From assembly GCF_009914755.1 (NCBI RefSeq), contig NC_060927.1: a stretch of DNA of 64,000 nucleotides. One strand, written 5' to 3'. The DNA comes from the human T2T-CHM13v2.0 reference genome, Homo sapiens. The translations under genes and the position numbers were made by a program. The number at the start of each line of letters is the position of its first letter. Within the stretch, counting starts at the first letter, position 1. This document shows positions 35,748 through 50,152 of the stretch, piece after piece. The notes under the pieces are model-generated. The model was not told the origin of the DNA, made no database searches, and saw only the letters and a list, made by a program, of their open reading frames with translations.

Positions 35748-37404
35748 AAACCTGAGCTCTTAACTGCCATTTTATAACGGGCCCAAAATGTCCATACACA
35801 CACGTGCACACTGTCACATGCACACTTACCGGGGTATGTTGCAAAAGGTACATGTCATGAAATGAATTCATACTCTTGGAACTTCCATCCTGCTCTTGAG
35901 GCGCTGTGGAAGGGGATTCTCACGGGCAGACAAGGGCAGCTGGGATGGCCTCAGAGTTCCCGTGCAAAACCAACTAAAAGTGACAAGAAGGAGACAGACG
36001 GGGGGAGAAGCAGGGTAGAGGAAAAGGGAGGAGTTTCTCAGGGTGTGATGTGGCTTCAGAAATAGCAACTGAAGACGAACTTGGAGAAAAGCTTTGACGC
36101 AGACATGTCCTTGAGTGCAATTCCATCCGAGGCTGGAAGAGATGGAAAAAATGAAGGTCATCGGAAGAGTTCTGATGAACCCACTCTTATCTCTCATGCA
36201 CCTCTCATGGCAAATGATGATGGTAGAAGAAGTGGTAAGATTTCAGAGTCTGAAGGGACACCCAGAGGTTGTCTCAGCCGATGCCTTGGAGGGCAGTGGA
36301 GAGGACAGTGACTTGTTCCAGGCCACACAAAGACAAGAACGGAGGCCTCTGGCTCCTAGGCCAGTGCTGGCCGACCTGTGCCAGATTGCTGTCCTCCTAA
36401 GTCAACTTGGATGGACAACACCCTCTGCCTACCCAGCAGGCCCTGTTCCTTCTTCTGCTCCTTCTCCTTCCAGTGTTTTATTCTTTCCAGGAGCTGTTTC
36501 TTCTCAGGAGTAGGATAAGAGGCAGGGAGGCCAAATACTGCCTCCCAGGACTAGAGGGCAAGTGCTCAGGGGAGAAGTTCTGGACAGATGGGCAATTTGG
36601 CCATGGTTGAACTCTCATGGCTTGCCTTCTTTTCCGGCCTCTTCCTTATGTATCCCTGTCCAACTTCTAAGCCCTCCCATTCTTTCATTTTAAACCTGAG
36701 GTGGGGAGCTGTGGCCTTAATTTTGAAAATTTGGTTGAGTTTCTTCTTCAGGGAGAGACCTGGACCCTGATGCAACCACAGCGGGGCCTCCCTCAGCAGG
36801 AGAACCAGAGTCTGTCTCAACAGATTTTCTTTCTTCCCTCTGAAGCAAGAGCCACTCCCAGAACACAAAAGACACAGAGACTCCTGTCTCCTTGGGGGAT
36901 TTAATTACTGACATTAGCTGATATCCTCTTCAGTAGCAGCGTCTCTGCCTCACTGCTTCTGAAGAAGAGGGACGTGGAATTTAAATTCTTATCCAGGCTG
37001 GGTAGGAGACATTCCCCCACAGGCACACGGAGAGTGTAGGATAAGTGGCCACCTACACAGTTTCAGAGGCTCTGAGCCCCCGAACACAGCCACCATTCAC
37101 TAGCAGATGCCTGAAGTCCACCACCCAAGTTTTTGCAGGTTATTGGACCGTTAAAATTCAAATATTCCTGGAAGGGATGATAGTGATGACCAGCCACTTG
37201 CAACTTGGTATAATTTATGTTCAGATCACACTCCAGAAGCATTTTTTAGAGGGACAGGGGCTGGCGGGGGGAGAAAATCATCGGATGACTGACGAGGGAA
37301 GGAAGTGAAGCAAGAGCAAGGTCCATAGATTAGAAGGGGAGAGCCCAGGAAGAGGCCGGGGGCTCAGAGGGTGAGCCTGGCCGGCCCTGCCAGCTGGCCT
37401 GGAG

Positions 37405-37589
37405 CAGTGGGTCTCCGTGTGGCTCCAGGATCAGCAGCACCAGCATGGCCTGGGGTCCTGTTAGACACGCAGATTCTGGAGCCCCCCTCCAGATCTACTG
37501 AATCAGAAACTGGGGGTGGGGCCAAGCAGTCTCTCCATTTTACCAAGCCCTGCAGGTGATTGATGCATAGTCAGGTGTAAGAACCACTG
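37405..37589. mobile_element. MER5A (hAT-Charlie), complete
   Basis: CAGTGG…CCACTG termini; internal AGATCTACTGAATCAGAAAC. Confidence 0.85.
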
Positions 37590-38453
37590 GCTTACAGCCC
37601 GTTCTGTGTGCAATACGTCACCAACCTCCCAGCTCCCCATCCCCGGCCACTCATCAAGCTCCCTTCTCTGACCTGCCTTACGACGACTCCTTGGCTTTGC
37701 TAGAGGGAGGCACGAGAAACCACCATGGGCGTGGTTAGGAGAGTGGCAAAGTAAAGCTCTTTAGCCGTGAAAGCTCTGTGGCATAGGAGATGGGCTGGTG
37801 ACAGAGAACATGGCTGCCTTTGGCTATAAGGGCAAAGGGTTTGGGGCGGAGCTGGGGGAATAGCTGATGAGGTGAAATTGCAAGTGAAAACGAGTGATCA
37901 TCCGAAGGAAGCCCCCCAGAGCAGCCCCCTGGGCCTCCGAGACACTCAGGCAGGGATTGTACTACGTGAGCAGGTAGAAAAACAGAGACAGAAGCCTGCT
38001 GAAGAAGGCTGAAGGACTGACTGGGGCCCCAGAGGGTGTGGGTTCTGAGCTGGGAGGTACCATGGGGTGGGCGAGCTCACCTCCTCCCTCCCTCAGCATT
38101 TCCTCCCTCTGGGTGCTCAAGATGCATTTCTTAAGCCAATTCATTTCCTGGTTAATCCCCACCCCCATCCCCAACTCCCACCCCAATGCTTGGCCCAGGT
38201 AACCCTTGTGGCAGAGACAAGAAGGAGATCCAGGGACTCTGACGGTGAAGGCTGAACGAGTCCTCTGCAAGCTGGACACTTCCTTACCTGGCTCTATTTT
38301 TCTTTACAGCACTTGTCAGCATCTGAAATACCACATGTTTTTTCTATTTCCTTCCACTAGAATGTGAGCTCCATGAGGGCATTGTATTAGTTCATTCTCA
38401 CACTGCTGTAAAAGAAATGCCTGAGGCTGGGTAATTTATAAAGAAAAGAGGTT

Positions 38454-38758
<305 letters not shown>

Positions 38759-38805
38759 TTAATCATGTGATTATAGATGACTTTCTCTTCTCTACACTTT
38801 GTCAC

Positions 38806-39406
38806 TGTAGGGAACAAAGAAAAACTTCCTCTTTGCTCTCTGAAGGTTTGCTGACAATCAACTGACAAAAGGCAGATGAATCAGAGACAAAGACAGTACA
38901 AATTCATTGTACTGTGCGTAGCATGGGGGACTTGCAGGAGAATGATCACCCAATAACCCAATGGAATCCAGATGTTTATATAACTTTCTTCATAGGGGAG
39001 GGAGCAAATGGGAAATGTAGGTAATTCTTTCTTATTTTTTTCTGAATCTAATTTGAAAAGCCATGTTATTTCTTTTGAGGATCAATAAATTATTATTAGG
39101 GAGAATGAGTGGATCAAAAGTTAATCTGTAAATGATTCTCTTTGGAATGTGAATGACCCTGAGAGACAGATATCTGATGAAAAGGTCCATCCTGGTGTGG
39201 TTACATTCCTCAGCCTTCATCTCTGTCATAGACATTGAGATTTCAGGGAGGGGATGGGAAGCAATTGTTCTCCTTGGTGGGTCCAGTTTTTATGTAGCTA
39301 AGAAAAAACCCATTCCTGCATCTGCTGATCTCTAAGAGCCTTAATTCAAAATACTCATCATACTGCGGCAATGTATTTTGGTGTGAAATTATTCTGGTTT
39401 CCTCCA
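38806..39406 (-). mobile_element. MER34-family ERV1 LTR
   Basis: Minus strand begins TGGAGGAAACCAGAATAATTTCACACCAAAATAC; TG…CA ends with a near 4-bp TSD (TCAC/CCAC). Confidence 0.65.
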
Positions 39407-39519
39407 CCACCATTCCAAAAGGGCTCCAGTGTAATTTAGTACAGTGTATTACAGCTGAGAGATTTGAAGACACAAATTCTTTCTAAAGAGGAGACAAAAA
39501 TAAGGACAATAGGAATTTG

Positions 39520-40001
39520 AAGCAAGGCCCTTGGCCCCCTAAAGGCTTGCTGAAAACCATCATTGACATGAGGCAGATTGATTAATGGGAGAAAAGGCAT
39601 ACAGATTTATTTAATGTGTATACATGGGAGCCTTCAGAATGAAGACCCAACCTCCCAGTGATGTACAAAAGCTTGTATACCATCTCGAGGTTACCGATAG
39701 AATGGGGGCTTGCATCCTGATCAAACAGGCTATGGTAGCGGGCAGAAGAGGAATTCTCTTGAGAGGATTACTAGGAAGAGTGAATCGATTCAGGACTCTG
39801 AGACAGTCACTGTACCTGTAACGTGTCTGTTCAGGTGTGCTTAGGTTGTTGGACTCATTTTCCACAGTAGATAGGCAGATAAAGGAACTTCAAGTTATAT
39901 GGCAGAGAAAGTGATGAGGGAGGTCAGAGAGACCTGGAAGCTTCTTCAGCTCAGCATGTCAAAATGCCGTATTTTGGGGTATTGGTTTCTAAGCCCCAGC
40001 A
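39520..40001 (-). mobile_element. MER39-family ERV1 LTR
   Basis: Minus strand begins TGCTGGGGCTTAGAAACCAATACCCCAAAATACGGCATTTTGACATGC; left boundary approximate. Confidence 0.65.
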
Positions 40002-40336
40002 TACAGAAAACATTATACATGGCCCAACTTCTAGCCAGATTAACATAAATCTCACACTGATGGGCTATTTACATCAGTTTCTATTACTCAATTACATCAT
40101 TTTTGGCTTTCAAAAAATGTTATAAGCTATGCTAAAAGGCAAGAAAAAGCAAAGTCTGAAGAAATGAGCAAGCACCAGAACCAGATCTGGATATGATGCA
40201 AATGCTGGAATGATCAGACAGGGAATTTAAAATGACTATGATTAATACATGCAGGATTCTACTGCAAGGACATAGAGTTAATGTAAGCTCAGAGATGGAA
40301 ACTCTAAGAAAGAATCAAAAGAAAACACTAGAAATT
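40002..40336 (+). mobile_element. Old L1M 5'-end/ORF1 fragment (also 39410-39495)
   Basis: …GGAATGATCAGACAGGGAATTTAAAATGACTATGATTAATA…GAGATGGAAACTCTAAGAAAGAATCAAAA resembles an L1M ORF1 N-terminus. Confidence 0.65.
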
Positions 40337-40669
<333 letters not shown>

Positions 40670-42678
40670 CTACAGACTGTACAGGGAGCATAGTGCTGGC
40701 ATCAGCATCTGGTGAGGGCCTCAGAAAGCTTTTAATCACAGTGGAAGGTGAAGCAGGAGCTGGGTGTCACATGGTGAGAGTGGAAGCGAGAGAGAGAGGG
40801 GGCAGGTGCCACATGTTTTTAGACAACCAGATCTCATGAGAACGCACTCACCGCCTCTAGGACAGCACCCAGCCATTCATGAGGGTCCACCCACGAGACC
40901 CAAACACCTCCCACCAAGCCCCGCCTCCAATATTGGGATTACATTTCAACATGAGATTTGGAGGGGACAGTCATCCAAACTATATCAGGCATTATCGACT
41001 ACTCTATCTGCTTTATTTACCAACCAGTCCCCAAGGGCCTAGGACAGGGCTGGCACATAGTAAGCACTCAATAAGTATAAATTTTTAAAAAATGAATGAA
41101 TCTTAAAGTCATTCCAACCTTAAACTTTGCTCCTTGTCTATCAACATTTCTGCTAATATAAAAATGATTTTTCTCCAAATGGTAGAGTAAAAATCAATGT
41201 CTCGTGTCTTCCACAAAGCTGGGGTTTCAAATGACTGCATACATCACAGCTCCAGGCACCACCAGAGCAAAGCTTCCCTAGGATCAGGCAGCAAGGATGA
41301 AAGAGGATGGGGCTGTGAGGGCCAGGGCCCCTTTGTGGAGGAAGAATCAGTTTACAGAGGCTCATGTCTCCGTTCAGCCAGATGAGTGTTTCTGGGAGGT
41401 GGGAGAACAGAAAAGTTACAATCAAGTGTTAAGATGATGTCAACAAACTTGTCTACCCAGTGCCTGGCCCAATAAGGTTATCAAAATCTCCATTTCAATC
41501 TGAACTCCAGTGAAATTTTGATGAACAAGATATTCAGGGAACATTCCTTGCAAGACAAGGCTCTCCTTGACCTCAGGAACAGAGCCTTAGTCCCTTTGTT
41601 CTAGTACTGGGCACAGGATGTACCTAGAAAGCCCTAAATGAATGCCTGATGAATGAAAAATATTCATTTCAATTCATTTTTTTCTGATACGAAATTATAT
41701 TTCAGGCCTTGTCTTTAAAAGTCATTCTAAGATGTATTCAGTAACATTTTTACATTAGCAAGTGAAGAGTACTGACTTCCTTGCATCTTCCCATGAGCAT
41801 AAAACGTCACGCAAATGGCCATTTGCAAGCACCCTGACTCTCCCTGATCATGTGTCACTGTGGGAGGCTGTGGGCAGGATGCAAAAGGGGTATGAGATTG
41901 AATTTATTTTAATCCCCAGAAATCATGGACCATTAAAAGTATCTCTTGATACCTTTTTCCACAGCCTAATTTGACACATGGAGAACCCAAGGCTGAGAGA
42001 AGGGAAGCGGCTTCCCCAGGGCATTCGGTATGTGAAGGGCATCATCAGAACTAGAATCCTGGTCTCTTGACTCCCAAGTTCAACACTTTTTCCATTTTGT
42101 AGATTCATCTCTATCTCCTAAGAGTAAAAGGCAGGAGAAATTCAGATTAATTCATGTTTAAATTCTATACTAAGGTAAAGAGATATCAGTTTGTCTATAA
42201 GGATATGTTTATTGAGATTCTACTTTATATGGTACTCAGTTAGTACTATCTTTGTTACTACAGGGTAATAAGATTAAGCATATACAAAGTTGTTCCTATC
42301 CATTGCATAATGCTATCAATAATAATAGTAAGTTTCCATTTTTTGTCCCTGCTTATTTAGTCCCTGCTTATACGCCTTATAGGTATTACCACGAGTAATT
42401 CTCACAACAGCCTGATACAATATATTTCTGTATTAAGCCTCTTTGGGTTGCTCATGACAGAAACCCAACTCAAACAAGCTTAAGAAAAAAAGGAATTACT
42501 GGTGCACATGAATGAAAACATCAGGAGTTGTCCGGTTTCCGCCCAGGCTGGCTCCACGGGCTCAGGTAACGTCAGAAACCTCTCTGTCTCCCTTCATTTC
42601 CACTATGTTAGCGTCACTCTCCAGTATGTTCTCTCGTATATTGGGAAAGATGACCCCCAGTAGCTCTGGATTTCATGA

Positions 42679-43584
<906 letters not shown>

Positions 43585-44205
43585 TATGTCTTATGATTTT
43601 AGAAGGAGAGAGCCCTATTTTGACCCAGCATCCACATTTCCCCTCCTCACGAATCTTGACTGAGCATCTTTGGGTCTTGTGAGCGTGTCTTCATCAATTA
43701 TTGTGTCTAGGAGAATTGGGATATTTTGATCAGCCGCTCTCTAGGGTGGGGGTGGAGAGTTTCTTTTATCAGTGGAATGAAAGAAGGGCAATTCATAATC
43801 CCATTCTACATAGGATGAAGTGGAAATTCAGAGAAATCAAGGACTGGACCATAATTGCCTAAAGGCCAGACGGCCTGTTAAGGGCAAAGCTGGGACATAA
43901 ACTAGTTGTCTCCAAAGCCTATTTTTAAAATTTTTCCTGTTGTTGTCATTGAGCAGGGGAAGGACTCATTCACATACCTTAAAATTCACCGTTTTAAAGT
44001 GTGTAATCCAGTGAAAACCCTGTTTAATCAACAGGCCAAGTGTTTTCAACTTCGGTGTGATCACTGTTCACTTGTGAAGTATGTGGTAAGCAATGTGTTG
44101 CTATTAATAGCTGAATTACCAAAGTTATTAGAATGATTTACTTCAAAAAATGGAAATCAGAATTAACAAAAGATTACCCTGTTCATAATGCCATCCCCAT
44201 TTCCA

Positions 44206-44970
<765 letters not shown>

Positions 44971-45743
44971 TCTGCAGTGTAAAAGCTCATGCAACCTGAC
45001 CATGCCATCTGCTGTAGAAGGAGGGAGGTGACACTCTTGCTGTCCCCTGAGCTGATCACAGCACACTCCAAGAAAGACCTAGACAAACTCAAACAAGGTG
45101 GGACCAGGGGTGGAGTCGGGGGAGCAGGCTGGCAACAGACCTGGAAGCCAGTCACACAACACAAGGAATGAGCTGGTTGAATCTGGGCATTAGAGAACAG
45201 GAGGCATTTTTTGCAGGTAAGAGGAGATTTAGGGGCAGGGTTGAAGGGTTGTGGTATGGAAGAAGTATTAGATTTGCCCTATGGAGCAACAGTGAGTAAA
45301 AATGACAGGAAAAGAGATTTCTGTCTCAAACAAAGTAGCAACTTTTTGGAAGTCAGAAGTGTCATTGATCTAAATTAAATGACGCTATGAAGCAGGCAGA
45401 GTAGGCGATATTATCACCCCCAACAAAAAGATGGGGAAAAGGTCCAGCAGGCAGAAATGACTTGTCTATCATCACCCAGGAGGGGCATATGAGGCTGTGG
45501 ACACCCCCTGTGCTGTGTCCAGTGCCCCAGGCTGCTTCTGGAGCCAGCACTGAGCTTCCACAGATGTGGCAAAACAGGTGTGAACAGCCGGCAGTGCCCT
45601 TCTCCTCTCCCAGCAAGAAAGTCACAAGAAAACTACCAAAGTCAAAGGATGACGAGCAACTCTGAATATTCTGGGGAAAGAAGGATCAGGCAAGGACCAG
45701 TGATTCCCTACGGGAAAGTAATGACTTCTGACTGGAAGCTCCT

Positions 45744-46017
45744 ACCAGGAATTTCTGACAGGAGACCAGGGATTTCTGACAGGAGACCAGGAACTTCTGA
45801 CAGGAGACCAGGGACTTCTGACAGGAGACCAGGGACTTCTGACAGGAGACCAGGGATTTCTGACAGGAGACCAGGAACTTCTGACAGGAGACCAGGGATT
45901 TCTGACAGGAGACCAGGGACTTCTGACAGGAGACCAGGGATTTCTGACAGGAGACCAGGGACTTCTGACAGGAGACCAGGGACTTCTGACAGGAGACCAG
46001 GGATTTCTGACAGGAGA
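45744..46017. repeat. Minisatellite, 21-bp unit x13 with degenerate flanking copies
   Basis: Unit ACCAGG(G/A)A(C/T)TTCTGACAGGAG; degenerate units span ~45660-46170 and 46500-46630. Confidence 0.95.
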
Positions 46018-46170
46018 GTAGTGGTTTATGACAGGAAAACAGGGATGTCTGATGGAAAATGTTGGCCTCCAGTGGGCTATGCATGGAGCTCTGACAAGAA
46101 AACAAGGATTTCTGAAAGAAACTGATTTTTCTCAGGACGGTGATTTCTAAAAGCAAAGTAGTGATTTCTC

Positions 46171-46582
<412 letters not shown>

Positions 46583-47079
46583 CTAGTGTCCACCACGTAG
46601 CAAAGGGGTTATTCCTGACAGGACGTCTTCCACAGGAATGAGGGTTTCTGTTAGGAAGGACCAAAAGCAGCAGCACAGAACAAACTGAAAAATAACAGGA
46701 GGGAATGAGACCCCTTCAGGAAATAGCTTCTTGGGTGTGGAGGGAGGTCCTCAGGAATAAAAAGCCGGGTTGGGGGAGGCTGAAATTGGGGAAGACCTGG
46801 GGTCCAGTATCTCCTCTGGCAGAGTGGGGCTGAGTGGGCTGGAGGGAGAGTATCTAGAAGATTTACAAAATAGGTGTGAGCGTAGGTGACTAGGAAATAC
46901 ATTCTCATCGAGAGGCTTGCAGGAAGGGGGAGGGAGGGAGGAGAGGGAAATCGGGTCCTTCTTCAATCCCCTAGACCCAGAGGTAACAAAGCCTTGGTTT
47001 TTACTCAGCAAATTCAAAGGCAAGCTTTTGCCCTCTGAATGTATCGCCAATTCTTAGCAAAGGGGACAGGGCAATAGAG

Positions 47080-47720
47080 AAGTGATGTCATGAGGCTGTA
47101 GTTCTGAGGTTATCCGGGAACCAGGTCGGAGCCTGCTTGCAGAGAATGTAGCATCGTGGCAGAGAGGAAAAGGAACTAAGGGAAGCGGAAGTATCAGTAA
47201 GGAGCCTCCGACAGAAATGGTAGGCTGGCAACATCCTGATCAGCAGCAGAAGTGATTTTCCCGTGTCCCCGTGTCCCTGCTCACCACCCACGCTCCCGAG
47301 AGCTCCCAGGCCAGGCCTCACAGGGCTCCTTCCCTGTGGGAGCGGAGGTTTGCCGCGAGCCATCGCCCGGCACGGGACACGTCTCAGGGGGAAGGAACAC
47401 GTTTTCTCTCAGACTGAGCGCTCGCTGACCCCGGCTCCCAGGCACCACGTCTACCACGTGACTGGATTCCTGCGGCCGCCGCGAGCCGGGAGAATTCTAA
47501 TAGCGCAGATGCCCGGAACCGCTGCAGCAGCCCGAGCCGGAAGTGCCAGACTCCTACTTCCCACCGGATGCGGGGCTCGGCAGGCTCGGCAGGCTCCTCC
47601 GCAGGCCACACAGCCGGCGGCACAGGCCTCCTGCGGGGAACCCCACCCCACCGGCCAGCCCGGTGCTCTGCCCTCTCTGGGGGTCCCGACCACTGTCTCC
47701 CTCCACACCCAAGAAGGGGA
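47080..47720. promoter_or_regulatory. CpG island / promoter
   Basis: High CpG and GC content, NotI site at 47472. ETS sites GCGGAAGT (47185) and CCGGAAGTG (47537), USF/MiT E-box CACGTGAC (47455), ATF-like TGATGTCA (47083). Confidence 0.8.
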
Positions 47721-47855
47721 GCCTGGTCTTGTCTTTCCAGCTGCCCCCACCTGTCCTCCCTCTGGGGCTTCCTTTCCATCTGAACTGGATTCAGAGGACA
47801 CAGAGTTCCCCAGCTTTCTCCGCTTTTGATGCCCTATCTGGTCCTCAAGCTGTTT

Positions 47856-48189
<334 letters not shown>

Positions 48190-48654
48190 CCTCAAGCTGT
48201 TTCATGGCTGCCAATGCCAACTGGGAAAAAGACACAGTGGTAGAAAGAATTAGAGATGAGACGCAGACTTGAGAATTCTTTTCAAATTCAAGAGCAGTAG
48301 TTTGTCTCAGGAGATGCTGGTCCTGTCTCACTGTGAGAATCCCTATCATAGACCTTCCCGGGCAAAGCCCTTTCCCGGGTTCCTGTCTGAGGAGGGAGGT
48401 GAAGCCTCTTGGGTCCTCAAGCAGCGATTCTTACCCTTTCCCTGCCTGGGTCACTGCCCATCCACAGCTTCCCGGGGAGAACAGTGACGGGAACTAGCTG
48501 ACCGCTCGGAGCCTCCAGGCCAGTCCCTTTCTGTGAAGACTCACAAGGCCTTACTCGTTGCGTAACATCCCAAAGCCGTAGTTACGTCATCTGTAAAATG
48601 GAGATAAAAATCCCACTTCACATGGTTGTTGGGGTGATTAAAGGAGATAATATA

Positions 48655-48970
<316 letters not shown>

Positions 48971-49176
48971 AGAGGAGATAATATATAAAGTACCTGGCAC
49001 CCAGCAGGTATGATAAATTGGTCCCCTTATTTCTGCTGATGCAGGAAAGCAGAACGCTTGAGAGCAAGGCTGTGGCGGGTGAGGCTGTTCAGTGTGTGCC
49101 TGTCTGTTCAGCAGCTGGGTGGAGGCTGAAATACCACATGCCCTCCACTCACCCTGTCAAGTGCCGAGGGTGGGGC

Positions 49177-49278
49177 ATTCTGCACAAAAGCTTTGTCTCT
49201 CCTGCACACAGGCACCCTAAGGCTGAGATTCTGCACAAAAGCTTTGTCTCTCCTGCACACGGGCACCCTAAGGCTGAG
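49177..49278. repeat. Tandem duplication, 51-bp unit x2
   Basis: ATTCTGCACAAAAGCTTTGTCTCTCCTGCACAC(A/G)GGCACCCTAAGGCTGAG starts at 49177 and 49228. Confidence 0.95.
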
Positions 49279-50152
49279 CAGCACTCTCTGCCGGGTGACT
49301 GCGCCAGCGCCCAGATCACCTGCTGGAGAAAGAAAGCATGGCACGTTGAAGGCAAGCATTTGTACTTTGCTCTTTCCTCACAGTTAGACCAGGCTCCCCT
49401 CCTCTCCTGCTTGTCCTCAGAGGCCTTGGTGAGGTGGAGAACGGCTGCCATTGTGATGGGTTCCCCTTTTCTCATTGGGGGGGGTCCCTTGAAGGGGGTT
49501 GGCCTGCCTGCATTTGGGCTCTGGTAACCACTCTTCTTCCTAGCAGGCTTCCCATTGGGGCACTTTGCAGGGTCCTAAACTCAGAACCTCTACCTTTACA
49601 TCCAGGGCCCCCAAGAGGCTCTCTTTAACATTATGGACAAACAGCCACACAGGGCCTTTTTTCCCCAGGAAGAAAAGACCAAATGGAGCTCAAGGCCCAG
49701 CTGTCCAGGGAGTGGTGCCTCAGCCGTGGCCCTCTGGGAAGGGGTTTCTGTGCAGGGCTGCCCTGAGGGTTACCCTTTTCCATCTTCATTTCTATCTCAC
49801 ATAGTAGGCAAGACAACAGAGAGGATTCAGACAAGATTACAGCTCCAAGGGTTGATCTGTGTATTTCCCTTGCACGCTGCTCTCTTGCTGGCACCGAAGG
49901 GCACCCCAGTCCAGACTGGTCAGAAACAAACACTCACAGAACCCACAGAGCCAGGGCTAGACACAAAGGCCAGGCAGTGTGCTTGCAAAACGAGACTTTC
50001 CTCTCCCAAAGACTAGAAAAAACTAGGCTTGCAGAAGCAGGAAGAGGCCGCTGGACCTGGACGGGAGGACGACACCTGGATTACTGGGTGTGGCGCCTTC
50101 CACCAACAGTGCTGGCCACATGTGAACAGCACCTGGTAGCCTTGGAGGCTGT

